64,000 bases of DNA. It comes from an archaeon (GTDB taxonomy: Archaea; Nanobdellota; Nanobdellia; Woesearchaeales; JAADFO01). Positions 50,141-61,494 of this stretch are shown here, piece after piece. The translations under genes were made by a program, and so were the position numbers. Positions within the stretch are counted from its first letter, which is position 1. The number at the start of each line of letters is the position of its first letter. The DNA lies in assembly GCA_043817075.1 (NCBI GenBank), contig JBDRHG010000017.1, positions 16,492 through 80,491 on the forward strand, read 5' to 3'. The notes under the pieces were generated by a model, which did not search any database, was not told where the DNA came from, and saw only the letters and a list, made by a program, of their open reading frames with translations.

Positions 50141-52147
50141 TCAGATCAGCCATCCACCGAAAGCCACGATGAGCGGCGCGAACACGAGCGCCACGATGCT
50201 CATCAGCTTGATCAGGATGTTGAGGCTGGGACCGCTGGTGTCCTTGAAGGGATCGCCGACCGTGTCGCCGACGACTGCCGCCTTGTGGGCGTCTGAGCCC
50301 TTGCCGCCGAGATGCCCTGACTCGATATACTTCTTGGCATTGTCCCAGGCACCGCCTGAATTGGCCATCATCACGGCTAATAGGAAGCCTGTCACGATGG
50401 AACCGGCGAGCAGACCGCCCAGCGCCTCTGCTCCGAACAGCAGACCCACGAAGACCGGGATCAGGATGGCCAACAGACTTGGCAGGATCATCTGCATCAG
50501 GGCCGCATGGGTCGATATTTCGACGCAACGTGCGGAGTCAGGCTTGGCTTTTCCTTCCATCAATCCCTTGATCTCACGGAACTGTCTCCTGACCTCCTCG
50601 ACCATCTGGAACGCGGCTTTTCCGACCGCGCTCATGGTCAAGGACGAGAAGACGAACGGCAGCAGGCCACCGATGAAGAGACCCACGATGACCTCAGTCT
50701 TGATGACGTCGATCGCGGAGAGCCCCACAGCCTGAGTGTACCCCACGAAGAGGGCCAACGCGGTCAACGCGGCTGATCCGATGGCGAATCCCTTGCCGAT
50801 CGCGGCGGTGGTGTTACCGACAGCATCGAGCTGTTCAGCGCGCTTGCGGACCTCTTTGCCCAAACCCGCCATCTCGGCGAGACCAGCAGCATTGTCTGCG
50901 ACCGGACCGTAGGTGTCAGTCGCCAGCGTGATGCCGAGCGTAGACAACATACCGACCGCTGCGATCGCGATGCCATAGAGACCACCGAGCTTGAATGAGA
51001 TGAGCATGGCAGCACACACGGCCAACACCGGGATGATGGTCGAGTTCATGCCGAGCGCAAGGCCATGGATGATGTTGGTGGCGGCTCCTGTCTCGGATGC
51101 CTTGGCGATGCCCTGCGCAGGCTTGTTCTGGTCCGAGGTGAAATACTCTGTGGCCTTACCGATGATGATGCCTGCGATGAGGCCTGTGATGGTCGCCCAG
51201 AAGTAGTTGAGCCGGTTGGGTGCATCAATAGCGAAGTTGAAGATGAGGAAAGCGAACACGACCATGACTCCGGACGCGACCCATACGCCGTTGTTGAGCG
51301 CCTTGTGTGGGTCGGATCCCTCGCCGGTCCGCACGAAGAACGTGCCGATTATCGATGCGAGGATTCCTGCGCCCGCCACCAGGAGAGGCAAGATGACACC
51401 TTGCGATGCGGCGAACATGCCCACACCGAGCACCATCGTGACGATGATGCTGTCGACATAGCTCTCGAAGAGGTCTGCGCCCATGCCTGCGACGTCTCCC
51501 ACATTGTCTCCGACATTGTCAGCGATGACAGCCGGATTACGGGGATCATCCTCAGGGATGCCTGCTTCGACCTTGCCTACAAGGTCTGCGCCGACATCTG
51601 CCGCTTTCGTATAGATACCGCCACCGACACGCGCGAAGAGCGCGATGGACGAGGCACCGAAACCGAAACCGTAGATGATCTGCGGGTCGCGGAAGATGGC
51701 ATAGAGTAAGAGAACACCGAGAAGCCCTAGGCCAGTGACGGAAAGACCCATGACCGAACCGCTGTTGAAGGCGACACGAAGGCCGGCATTGAGGCTGGTC
51801 TTGACCGCATGAGCGGTACGGGCATTGGCCATGGTCGCGACACGCATGCCGATATTGCCGGCCAGCGCAGAGAAGAATGCGCCGATGAGGAACGCGATCG
51901 CCAGGCTCCAGTTGAGCAAGAAACCAAGGATGAGGAATACCACCAAGGCGAAGACCGCCAAGATCCGATATTCCTTGTGGAGGAAGGCCATCGCACCATT
52001 ATGGATTTCAGCGCAGAGTTCCTTCATCTTATCAGTGCCCACGGGCTGGCGTCTGATATTGATCGCGGTGAATGCCGCGAACGCCAATGCGAGCACTGCG
52101 ATTATCGGTACGAAAAAAACAGGATCCATGTTGTATTGCACCCCCAA
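50141..52147 (-). CDS. hppA: membrane-bound K+-dependent (probably Na+-translocating) pyrophosphatase
   Basis: [56 protein letters not shown]; GNTTAA (Ala form, K+-dependent); GGAWDNAKK; [10 protein letters not shown]. Confidence 0.96.
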   Translation of the reverse strand: MGVQYNMDPVFFVPIIAVLALAFAAFTAINIRRQPVGTDKMKELCAEIHNGAMAFLHKEYRILAVFALVVFLILGFLLNWSLAIAFLIGAFFSALAGNIGMRVATMANARTAHAVKTSLNAGLRVAFNSGSVMGLSVTGLGLLGVLLLYAIFRDPQIIYGFGFGASSIALFARVGGGIYTKAADVGADLVGKVEAGIPEDDPRNPAVIADNVGDNVGDVAGMGADLFESYVDSIIVTMVLGVGMFAASQGVILPLLVAGAGILASIIGTFFVRTGEGSDPHKALNNGVWVASGVMVVFAFLIFNFAIDAPNRLNYFWATITGLIAGIIIGKATEYFTSDQNKPAQGIAKASETGAATNIIHGLALGMNSTIIPVLAVCAAMLISFKLGGLYGIAIAAVGMLSTLGITLATDTYGPVADNAAGLAEMAGLGKEVRKRAEQLDAVGNTTAAIGKGFAIGSAALTALALFVGYTQAVGLSAIDVIKTEVIVGLFIGGLLPFVFSSLTMSAVGKAAFQMVEEVRRQFREIKGLMEGKAKPDSARCVEISTHAALMQMILPSLLAILIPVFVGLLFGAEALGGLLAGSIVTGFLLAVMMANSGGAWDNAKKYIESGHLGGKGSDAHKAAVVGDTVGDPFKDTSGPSLNILIKLMSIVALVFAPLIVAFGGWLI

Positions 52148-52237
52148 AATGCTATTTGTATTCAGATGACGCGTGACCGCGTCGTTATAGACGAGCGCGT
52201 GAGGGGATATTTATAAAGATTTCTGTGGAAAAAGCGC

Positions 52238-52723
52238 TCAGACCTCGTCCTTGAGCTTCGCTGCCAATGCTTCGGCGACCTTGGGACAGACCCATCGTGA
52301 GATATCGCCTCCTTGGCTGCTCAGCTCCTTGAGCATGGAAGAAGAGAGATAGAAATATTGCTTGTCCGTCATGAGGAGGAGCGTCTCGATGCCAGGGAAA
52401 AGCTCGGTGTTGAAGACGGACATCTGGAACTCTGCGTCGAAGTCCGACATGGCACGGAGCGCACGGATGATGATGGCGCAGTCTCTGCTCTTGGCATAGT
52501 CGACCAACAGGCCAGAGAACTGATCGACTTCAACGTTTTCGAGGTGCGCTAGCTCCTCCCTGAGAAGGTCGACGCGGACGTCGACGGGGAGAAGCTGTTT
52601 TTTTCTTGGGTTGTCTCCCACCGCCACGATGACTCGATCGAACAGGCGGGCGGCCCGTTCCACGATGTCGCGGTGGCCGTGGGTCACCGGATCGAAGCTT
52701 CCCGGGTATACTGCGGTTCTCAT
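52238..52723 (-). CDS. coaD: phosphopantetheine adenylyltransferase, bacterial type
   Basis: MRTAVYPGSFDPVTHGHRDIVERA..IRALRAMSDFDAE..SSSMLKE; start set at the ATG at 52723. Confidence 0.93.
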   Translation of the reverse strand: MRTAVYPGSFDPVTHGHRDIVERAARLFDRVIVAVGDNPRKKQLLPVDVRVDLLREELAHLENVEVDQFSGLLVDYAKSRDCAIIIRALRAMSDFDAEFQMSVFNTELFPGIETLLLMTDKQYFYLSSSMLKELSSQGGDISRWVCPKVAEALAAKLKDEV

Positions 52724-53267
52724 TGAGATACCTCCAGATGACAGTCGCCTGGCTCTCCAGGACTTTAATATCATCCACATTGTTGATGGTGAAATCTTTT
52801 CTATCCGGAATCTCTTCGAAGGCCATGCGCCGTGAGATGTCGACAGGAGTAAAGCCATTGGCGAGAAGACGTTTGGCGCGCTCCACCTTAGGCGAGTAGA
52901 CGTAGATGACCTTGTCGAGTTCTATCGTCAGCTTCGAGGCCAACGGGGCTTCGATGACGTTGATGCCTTCATTCTTGAGCAGATGAGGGATCTCTTTATT
53001 GATCTCCGGATGCATGATGCTATTGAGCACCTCGATCTTTGCGGGATGAGAGAACACCACGTCTGCGAGTTTCTTACGGTCGATATGTCCGTTCGCGTCC
53101 TTGACGTCATTGCCAAACGCGTTGAGGATCAGTTTCTTGACAGGGTCTTTCTTGAGCAGGTCATGGCCGATGACATCGGTGTCGATGACATGGGCGCCGA
53201 GTCGTTTGAATGTTGAGGCGACCGAGCCTTTTCCTGCGGCAATCTTGCCGGTTACTGCGATGATCAT
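52530..53267 (-). CDS. coaE: dephospho-CoA kinase, bacterial type, with C-terminal extension overlapping coaD
   Basis: IAVTGKIAAGKGSV..DTDVIGH..IDRKKLADVVF..LNSIMHPEI..EAPL. Confidence 0.9.
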   Translation of the reverse strand: MIIAVTGKIAAGKGSVASTFKRLGAHVIDTDVIGHDLLKKDPVKKLILNAFGNDVKDANGHIDRKKLADVVFSHPAKIEVLNSIMHPEINKEIPHLLKNEGINVIEAPLASKLTIELDKVIYVYSPKVERAKRLLANGFTPVDISRRMAFEEIPDRKDFTINNVDDIKVLESQATVIWRYLNENRSIPGKLRSGDPRPPRHRGTGRPPVRSSHRGGGRQPKKKTASPRRRPRRPSQGGASAPRKR

Positions 53268-53326
53268 TGTTAAGGATAGACCTCTTGGTTATTATTTATA
53301 TAGTTTATCCACAAAAGAATCCTTGA

Positions 53327-53971
53327 TTAGCCCAAAGCCCGCATCGCGGCAATCACTTTCTCGGGTGAATGCCCATCAGCATTCTTGAATATGAACGACC
53401 CTGCCACGAGCACGTTCGCGCCCGCTTTCACACAGAGCTTCCCGGTCTCGAGATTGATGCCACCGTCGACAGCGATATCACCGGAGAAGACCTTGCGGAT
53501 CTCCTTGATCTTAGGAAGCACGTCGCCGATGAATTCTTGGCCTCCGAACCCTGGGAAGACAGACATCACCAGAACCGCGTCCACCAATCCTAACACGTCT
53601 GCTATCCTGTCTTTGGAGGTATCCGGATTCAACGTGATACCGACACCGCAGCCCAGTTTCCTGATCTCGCTGATGAGTACACGGGGATTCTTCGCTGTCT
53701 CGATGTGGAAGGTGATCCGGTCGGATTTCGCCTCTTTGAAGCTCTTGATGTGAATCTCAGGGTTGGTCACCATCAGATGCGAGTCTATGAACAGGTTGGT
53801 CGAGACACATCGTAGGACAGGTGCACCGAAGGTCAGATTTGGCACGAAATGACCGTCCATGACGTCGACATGCAGGACATCCGCGGTCTCTATGCGATCG
53901 ACCTCGTCCTGAAGATGGGCGAAATCGGATGAGAGTATCGATGGCGCGATCTTGATTGTCATGACAACCAC
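53327..53971 (-). CDS. rpe: ribulose-phosphate 3-epimerase
   Basis: IAPSILSSDF..HVDVMDGHFVPNLTFG..DSHLMV..MSVFPGFGGQ..VDGGIN..VAGS. Confidence 0.96.
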   Translation of the reverse strand: MVVMTIKIAPSILSSDFAHLQDEVDRIETADVLHVDVMDGHFVPNLTFGAPVLRCVSTNLFIDSHLMVTNPEIHIKSFKEAKSDRITFHIETAKNPRVLISEIRKLGCGVGITLNPDTSKDRIADVLGLVDAVLVMSVFPGFGGQEFIGDVLPKIKEIRKVFSGDIAVDGGINLETGKLCVKAGANVLVAGSFIFKNADGHSPEKVIAAMRALG

Positions 53972-53985
53972 AAGAGAACTTGAGT

Positions 53986-54528
53986 TTAAATGTCTTTCTT
54001 TAGGGAAGCGAGAAGATTGATGACCAAGGATACCTGATCCCGATCATAGATGACATCAGGGGCGTACCGGGCATCGAAGCCCGCGATGATGCCTTTAAGA
54101 CGGTCAGTGATACCGCCTGACTCGACCAGCACACCGATAGGTTTCTCAAGGGCATAGGCGATGGAGAATTCCTGCAATGTCCCGACACTGCCATGGATGA
54201 AGACGCAGGCATCGCAGCTGCGCACGTTGATCACGTTCCGCCCGACATAGTCCATACCGGTGTAGATGATATGGTCATGATGCTCGACCGGCATGCCATA
54301 TCCTGAGATGTGGTCCTTCCGGTCCTTGGCAGGGCTGATGCCCAGTACCGTCCCACCGGCCTCCTTCGCGCCCCGGGACGCCTCGAACGGCAGACCGGTG
54401 GTGGCTCCGGTGAGCAGGGTGCAACCCGCCTCAGCCACAGCCTTTCCTAACGCAACGGCAAGCCTGACGAGATCGTCAGAGAAGGGCCCTCGGCTGCTGC
54501 CGAAAACGCCGATCACAGGAGCGGTCAT
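53986..54528 (-). CDS. LOG/Rossmann-fold nucleotide-binding family protein
   Basis: IGVFGSS..LLTGATTGLP..GAKEAGG..GISP..RNVINVRSCD..GSVGTLQE. Confidence 0.88.
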   Translation of the reverse strand: MTAPVIGVFGSSRGPFSDDLVRLAVALGKAVAEAGCTLLTGATTGLPFEASRGAKEAGGTVLGISPAKDRKDHISGYGMPVEHHDHIIYTGMDYVGRNVINVRSCDACVFIHGSVGTLQEFSIAYALEKPIGVLVESGGITDRLKGIIAGFDARYAPDVIYDRDQVSLVINLLASLKKDI

Positions 54529-54597
54529 ACTATTGCAGCACGTGCCGACGTATTAATAATTATCGCTCGTGACACTATAGCAACATTGAAATAGAGG

Positions 54598-55317
54598 ATG
54601 TCTTCTCAGGGTATATCGGAGGTTACCATCATGGATTTCAATCAAATGGATTTCAACGCATTCATCGAAGAGAGCGGGGTGTACGGCTTCTTCAAAGAGC
54701 CCATCACGCTCAAGTCGGGGAGAAAATCGCAGTTCTACGCCAATTGGCGGACCGTCGTGGAAGACGTGTTCCTCACCGACGCTCTGGCTGATTTCGTCAT
54801 CGCATTTGCCAAGAGCAGAGGCATCGAGGCCGACACCTTCTACGGTGTGCCGGACGGCGCGACCAAGCTCGGCATCATCACACAGTATAAGTGGGCAAAA
54901 GAATCGGCCAAATATGGAGAAGGCAGCCATGTGCTGGCCATGGGCAGAAAGACACCGAAAGAGCATGGCGATCCAAAAGATAAATATTTCTTGGGCATGC
55001 CGGCCGGCAAGGTGGCCGTCATCGAAGATGTCACGACGACGGGCGGATCGCTCCTCAAGGCGCTCGAAGGTCTCAAGGAGGCAGGTGTCGATATCACGGC
55101 TGTCATCAGCCTCACCAACCGCATGGAGAAACGGGACGACGGCTTGAGCGTGCAGGAAGCGGTCGAGAAGGCGGGTTTCTCATTCTTCAATATGAGCACG
55201 TCTTTGGCGCTGTTGCCCGTGATGTACAAGAGACTCTCTCCAGGAGAGGATATCGCTGAGGGAATCGAGAACGAGTTCAAGGAATACGGCGTCGAAGAGC
55301 TACAGCTTACTAAATGA
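54598..55317 (+). CDS. pyrE: orotate phosphoribosyltransferase
   Basis: TLKSGRKSQFY, RKTPKEHG loop, VAVIEDVTTTGGS PRPP motif; adjacent to pyrF; start may be 54631. Confidence 0.88.
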   Translation: MSSQGISEVTIMDFNQMDFNAFIEESGVYGFFKEPITLKSGRKSQFYANWRTVVEDVFLTDALADFVIAFAKSRGIEADTFYGVPDGATKLGIITQYKWAKESAKYGEGSHVLAMGRKTPKEHGDPKDKYFLGMPAGKVAVIEDVTTTGGSLLKALEGLKEAGVDITAVISLTNRMEKRDDGLSVQEAVEKAGFSFFNMSTSLALLPVMYKRLSPGEDIAEGIENEFKEYGVEELQLTK

Positions 55318-56090
55318 TGATCGAGGGGATTGGCATGGAACTGACTGACAAGGAGAAGATGGCGAGGGAGAAAGTATGCCTGCCGTTGGACGGATTGGAC
55401 ACGCTGGACGAAGTCAGAGAACGGGTCGAGGAGCTCAGCCCGGTCGTCGGCCTTTTCAAAGTCGGCAAGGAGTCGTTCACTCGCTTCGGCCCAGACATCA
55501 TCAGGCTAATCCATGAGAGCGGATCAGAGGTCTTCCTGGACCTCAAATACCATGACATCCCCAATACGGTCAAGGGTGCGGCGAAAGCCGCCTCAGAACT
55601 CGGGGTCGCTATGTTCAATGTGCACGCCTCTGGCGGCCTTGAGATGATGAAGGCTGCATCGCAAGGAGTGGAGGAAGCGGTCAAGAAAGGCGCGAAGAGG
55701 CCCAAGATCCTGGGCGTAACCATCCTGACCAGCATCGACCAGGACATCATGAACAAGGAACTGCACATCGATGGCAACGTGGAGGACCAGGTGTTGCGGC
55801 TCGCCCTACTGACGAAGGAGGCTGGCTTAGACGGCATCGTATGCAGCGCCAGCGACCTACACGCGATCAAGGACAAGCTGCCGGAAGGTTTCCTGTTCGT
55901 GACGCCCGGCATCAAGGGCCCCACCACTGAAGGCGGCGCTGACCAGAAACGGGTGTTCACACCCGGTAACGCAATCGAGGACGGTGCGAGCATCCTGGTC
56001 GTGGGCCGCGCAATCACCGGACCGCCCACAAAAGAAGAGCGGATGCAGGCAGGTCTCGACGTGTTGAAGGACATGAGTCCTCATCTGTAA
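55314..56090 (+). CDS. pyrF: orotidine-5'-phosphate decarboxylase
   Basis: FKVG..VFLDLKYHDIPNTV..NVHASGG..VTILTS..VTPGI..VVGRAIT. Confidence 0.96.
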   Translation: MMIEGIGMELTDKEKMAREKVCLPLDGLDTLDEVRERVEELSPVVGLFKVGKESFTRFGPDIIRLIHESGSEVFLDLKYHDIPNTVKGAAKAASELGVAMFNVHASGGLEMMKAASQGVEEAVKKGAKRPKILGVTILTSIDQDIMNKELHIDGNVEDQVLRLALLTKEAGLDGIVCSASDLHAIKDKLPEGFLFVTPGIKGPTTEGGADQKRVFTPGNAIEDGASILVVGRAITGPPTKEERMQAGLDVLKDMSPHL

Positions 56091-56142
56091 CGCTTTTAAT
56101 TCTAACATTAGATTAATATATCCTGTCCACCGTACACGAATT

Positions 56143-56710
56143 ATGAAACTCATATATGTTCGGCATGGCAAAACCGAGTTCAACAAAGAGGGTCGATTCC
56201 AGGGTCAAATAGACACAGAACTATCTGCTGAAGGATTAGCCCAAGCAGAAAAGATAAGTAGTCGACTAAGGGATGAAAAGATCGATATCATCTACTCGAG
56301 TGACCTTCACAGAGCACAACAGACAACGGAACTCATTGCTCGACATCACTCCAATGTGAAGATCATCACGACGAGAGACCTCACAGAAAGAGATTATGGC
56401 TCCCTTGAAGGAAAAAAGAAGACTGAAGTCCCAAAGGATGCACATCTGACAGTCGATGATGGAGAATCTTTGGATGCGCTCTTCTCACGGGCAGAACAGC
56501 TCCTTGAGAAAACCTATAACGCGCACCCTTCTGAGACCGTCTTATTCAGTTCACACGGAAGACTCGGAAGAGCTCTAGTTTGCGTCATAACTGGGAAAAA
56601 ACCTGAGAACATATACGATGAAAACCTCAAGAATGGCAGCATTTCAATATTTGAGATAAAAAAAGAAAAGGATCATAGGATCCATGTCTTCAACTGCGAT
56701 AAGCACTTGC

Positions 56711-56724
<14 letters not shown>
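56143..56724 (+). CDS. histidine phosphatase / phosphoglycerate mutase family protein
   Basis: VRHGKT..QGQIDTELSAEG..SSDLHRAQQT..ERDYG..GES..SHG. Confidence 0.92.
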
Positions 56725-58107
<1,383 letters not shown>

Positions 58108-58147
58108 TTATATAGGTTACGGTGATCGACCGATAGATGAGTTGTTC

Positions 58148-58621
58148 TCACCGATTGACCAGCAGCAATACCACAAACCCCACCATATTGAGAGCTAGGA
58201 AATGGTGTTCATGGAGCCGGGCTTTGAATTTGCAGGGATTATGCGCCGGCTGGATGAATCCGACTGTGATCTGCTTCTTCGAGAAGGGCGAGAGCGGCCT
58301 GACCCGGTGCATGGTGATATAGTCGATGAAGACATGCGACGCATAGGGTATCAGTACGAGTGCCGCATTGACAGGTGAGATCATCACACCGGCGATGATG
58401 GCGAGCGGGATTCCGATGAATGCGATGCCGAAAGGCTCCTGCAACCAGGTCCGCAGGTCCTTATCCTTATGTTTGAGCGCATAGCGCCTGATGAGGAAAT
58501 CGAGATCCGGCAACACAGCGAAGATGAAGGAGAATATGAGTAGATGGGAGAACGGCATAGAGGGTCCGAAAAGGAGCATCAACAGGTTCATGGAGAAGAG
58601 GAGATGTGATTCGGATCGCAT
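58148..58621 (-). CDS. membrane-bound metal-dependent hydrolase (YdjM-like)
   Basis: N-terminal SH, LPDLD, SHVFID motifs with hydrophobic segments. Confidence 0.75.
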   Translation of the reverse strand: MRSESHLLFSMNLLMLLFGPSMPFSHLLIFSFIFAVLPDLDFLIRRYALKHKDKDLRTWLQEPFGIAFIGIPLAIIAGVMISPVNAALVLIPYASHVFIDYITMHRVRPLSPFSKKQITVGFIQPAHNPCKFKARLHEHHFLALNMVGFVVLLLVNR

Positions 58622-58726
58622 GATACCGATTCAATGTCCGGGATATTAAATGGTTTCCATAAGCGTTTCTCACAACGATATTTCCATTACCTTTTTATAC
58701 CGTTTGGGGCCCCTCTCACTTACCAC

Positions 58727-58854
58727 GCGGGGATGCCGGAGCGGTCAAACGGGACGGACTCAAGCGTCAACTTGAGTGACGAGGCCATAATCGGCCAATG
58801 ACTGAGCAATCCGTTAGCTTAGTGCTTTCGAGGGTTCGAATCCCTCTCCCCGCA
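58727..58854 (+). tRNA. tRNA-Leu(CAA) with 44-nt intron at 37/38 (58765-58808)
   Basis: Acceptor GCGGGGA/TCCCCGC, anticodon stem ACGGA/TCCGT, CAA at 58761-58763, long variable arm, GGTTCGAATCC T-loop; BHB helix CTCA/TGAG with 3-nt bulges; no encoded CCA; T-tract follows. Confidence 0.93.
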
Positions 58855-58911
58855 GCCTTTCTTTTTTCATATAGCTCTAACTAGTAGAGATAAAGATATA
58901 GAAGAAAAGGA

Positions 58912-59343
58912 TCAGACCAGTTTTGAAAGCTGCTTCTCGATGTCGCGGAGCTCATGGTCCAGCTTCTCCATCTCAGTCTGCTGATGCGGCGCTTTCGGAT
59001 GAGGTCTCCGATGGACAGGTTGGGACTTGGTTGCTGCCGTCTCGACAGGCTCAGTCTCAGCCACCTTCTCGGATCCGGTCGTGACCAGATTGAAGACGTG
59101 TTCAGGTACCTGCTCCTTGACCTTGGGCAGCAATAGCTTGAGCTCAGTGTTGAGCCCTTCGATCTCTTTCATGACCGTCTTTATCTTAGCGAGGGTCTCG
59201 GTCTTCTGATACCGCACCGCTTTGAGTGCCTCGAGCTTTTGCAGCGAGTGTATGAGCTGCTTCGACGCTTCAAGGACGTTGCGTTTTATGTCGACAGAGT
59301 CCTTGACAGGCACGTAGTACGGTTCGGGTTTAGTATCAGCCAT
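58912..59343 (-). CDS. hypothetical coiled-coil protein
   Basis: 143 aa; EPYYVPVKD followed by helical heptads; closely spaced with the two upstream genes. Confidence 0.75.
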   Translation of the reverse strand: MADTKPEPYYVPVKDSVDIKRNVLEASKQLIHSLQKLEALKAVRYQKTETLAKIKTVMKEIEGLNTELKLLLPKVKEQVPEHVFNLVTTGSEKVAETEPVETAATKSQPVHRRPHPKAPHQQTEMEKLDHELRDIEKQLSKLV

Positions 59344-59347
59344 TGTA

Positions 59348-59581
59348 TCACTGCTCGAACAGGTTGCCTTCGACAGCCTCCACTCTTCTGCTCACGTCAT
59401 CGAGCTGCTGTTTCCACTCATCGATCGCGGCCTCTTCTTTGGTCTTGAGTTCGCTTAGCTGGTCGAGGAGCTTGTTCGCCTCGTCGACCTTGGATTTCAT
59501 CTGCTTGAGTGTGTCAACGATGTTCTTGAATTCGTCGATCTTGACGAAAAAGGGTCCGTTGTTGGTTTCCATTTGGTTCAC
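59348..59581 (-). CDS. hypothetical small coiled-coil protein
   Basis: 77 aa; GPFFVKIDEF followed by a helical hairpin. Confidence 0.78.
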   Translation of the reverse strand: MNQMETNNGPFFVKIDEFKNIVDTLKQMKSKVDEANKLLDQLSELKTKEEAAIDEWKQQLDDVSRRVEAVEGNLFEQ

Positions 59582-60279
59582 CTGGCTGCGGGAAGCTGCT
59601 TGTTGAGACTGACCGTCTTCTTCAGGGAGAGTTCGACCGCCTTCTGCAGCTTGTCATATGTCCCATGGAGATCGTGATTGGTGAGGGTCGCAGATGATAT
59701 CGCATCATTACCTCTCTTGATTGTGGTCTTGAGCTCGTCGACCTGGTCATGGGCCTTGTTGAGTTTGTCTAGCTGAAGATACAGAGGTTTGGAGAAATCG
59801 TGTTCCGGTTCCTCATGGTATGGTTCGCTCGCCTCTGCCATGGGTTCCGCTTGTGGCGTGGGCTCAGGCATGGGCATAGGCATCGGCGGCTCGCTGGCCG
59901 AAGGCTCCGGCTCTTCAGGCATCGGCTCGGGTTCATGCTTCATGACCGGCTCCTGGAACTCGACAGGCGGAGCAGGATCCAACATCGGTTCGGGAGCGGG
60001 CTCAGCGACAGGGGCCAGAGCAGGAGTCTGAGGCTCATCCATGGGGATACCCTCCTCCCCGAGAGGAGGAAGCGAGATGTCGTAATCAGTGTTCTCTGAT
60101 TTGGGCGGTTCAGGGAAATGCTCCTCGACATCAGACATATAATCGGTAGGCGACGGTGTCGAGGGATGGCTCGATGAATCCATCAACACACTGTCTGGAG
60201 GCGGCGGAGGAACGTCCAATTGGGGTTCACCCGCGAAAGAGTCTTCCTTCTTGCCCTTTTTTAAGAAATTAAATACCAC
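59578..60279 (-). CDS. hypothetical protein, Pro/Glu-rich disordered N-part with coiled-coil C-domain
   Basis: MVFNFLKK amphipathic start, PE-rich linker, KPLYLQLD then helices; ATGA overlap with the next gene. Confidence 0.78.
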   Translation of the reverse strand: MVFNFLKKGKKEDSFAGEPQLDVPPPPPDSVLMDSSSHPSTPSPTDYMSDVEEHFPEPPKSENTDYDISLPPLGEEGIPMDEPQTPALAPVAEPAPEPMLDPAPPVEFQEPVMKHEPEPMPEEPEPSASEPPMPMPMPEPTPQAEPMAEASEPYHEEPEHDFSKPLYLQLDKLNKAHDQVDELKTTIKRGNDAISSATLTNHDLHGTYDKLQKAVELSLKKTVSLNKQLPAAR

Positions 60280-60417
60280 TTTTGTACCACCCTCAAAGAA
60301 CCTGTAAAAGGATTAGTATTAAAAGTTTTATTACTACTTGAAAGAGTCAAAGGGGAAAAAGGCTTTGAATATCACCAAATCCCCGTCAGAAATCACATCT
60401 CGGAAGCAAAGAACTGC

Positions 60418-61377
60418 TTATTCCGGAGCGAAGAACATCTTATGGACCTTGGTGAAGAGAAAGTGTTTGTAATTCTTGATAGCGCCAGGGAACCGGAGGA
60501 TGAGCTCGTCCATGATACGATTAAGCTGTTCGTTACCAGGAAGATGGAACTCGAACTCCAAATCAGCGAAGCCGGCTGACTTGTCGATGTAGATGATGTA
60601 TGGATTGAGCTTGACGTAATTGGTGATTTCTTCCACTTGGCTGTATGACCGGAAATAGAGATCGACCTTGAAGTATTGATAGCCCAGGCGGTTGATATTC
60701 ATATGGGTACGGAAGCCCTGCACCACCCCCAGACGAGAGAGCCGGTCGTAACGATACTTGACCGCCGCAGTCGTGGTCCGGAGCAGCCTGGCGACCTGGG
60801 CCAAGGGGATACGGGCGTCAGGGGCCAACGCATTGAGGACGCTGATGTCGGTGCTGTCCACATTGACGATGTCGCTGCCACCCGTCGTCTCATAGCTGCT
60901 CCGGTCAAATCCCCCGTCGACGAGATATGAGTGCCTGAAGTGGAGCAGCTGGAGATAGATGGAGAAATGCTGCTCCTCGAAATAGATCTGGTACTGGGTC
61001 AATACCTTGTCCCAGAAGCTCTGGAAATCATTGATGTCGCGGACCCACATGATGACCACAAGGTCGAAACGTCCTTCGATGGAACCGACCCAATACGTAT
61101 GCCAATCCCTGATGAAGAAATCGATGATCTCCTGCTCGATCTGCGGTGTGACATCCTGGAAAGTGAGATAGACGCGCAGGCTCATATAACCGAGCCGAGA
61201 CGCATCGATGACCGTGTAGAACCGTTTGATGACACCTGATTGGCGGAGGCGGTTGATCCTGTACGAAACGACAGTCTTGGGTAGCCCTGTCTCCTTCGCT
61301 ATTCTGGAGAGCGGAAGACGGGAATTCCGGTCAAGAATGGTCAGAATCTTTCGGTCCTTGACATCGAGGTGTATCAT
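60418..61377 (-). CDS. tandem-duplicated Lrp/AsnC family transcriptional regulator
   Basis: Two HTH+RAM units: LDVKDRKIL..NSRLPLSRIAK..VSYRINRL and VDSTDISVL..DARIPLAQVAR..VKYRYDRL. Confidence 0.92.
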   Translation of the reverse strand: MIHLDVKDRKILTILDRNSRLPLSRIAKETGLPKTVVSYRINRLRQSGVIKRFYTVIDASRLGYMSLRVYLTFQDVTPQIEQEIIDFFIRDWHTYWVGSIEGRFDLVVIMWVRDINDFQSFWDKVLTQYQIYFEEQHFSIYLQLLHFRHSYLVDGGFDRSSYETTGGSDIVNVDSTDISVLNALAPDARIPLAQVARLLRTTTAAVKYRYDRLSRLGVVQGFRTHMNINRLGYQYFKVDLYFRSYSQVEEITNYVKLNPYIIYIDKSAGFADLEFEFHLPGNEQLNRIMDELILRFPGAIKNYKHFLFTKVHKMFFAPE

Positions 61378-61494
61378 TTGTTGTACAAATTATATTGGAT
61401 ATATAAATATATCTCATAATCGTACAAGAATCAAACATAAAATTTTATATATTTAGCGCAATCATTCCCTATCAATCAATACAGAGGTACTCAA

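Noticed and set aside
52724-52858. 45-aa N-terminal extension of CoaD
   Set aside because: It lies within coaE; CoaD homology begins at MRTAVYPGSFDP.
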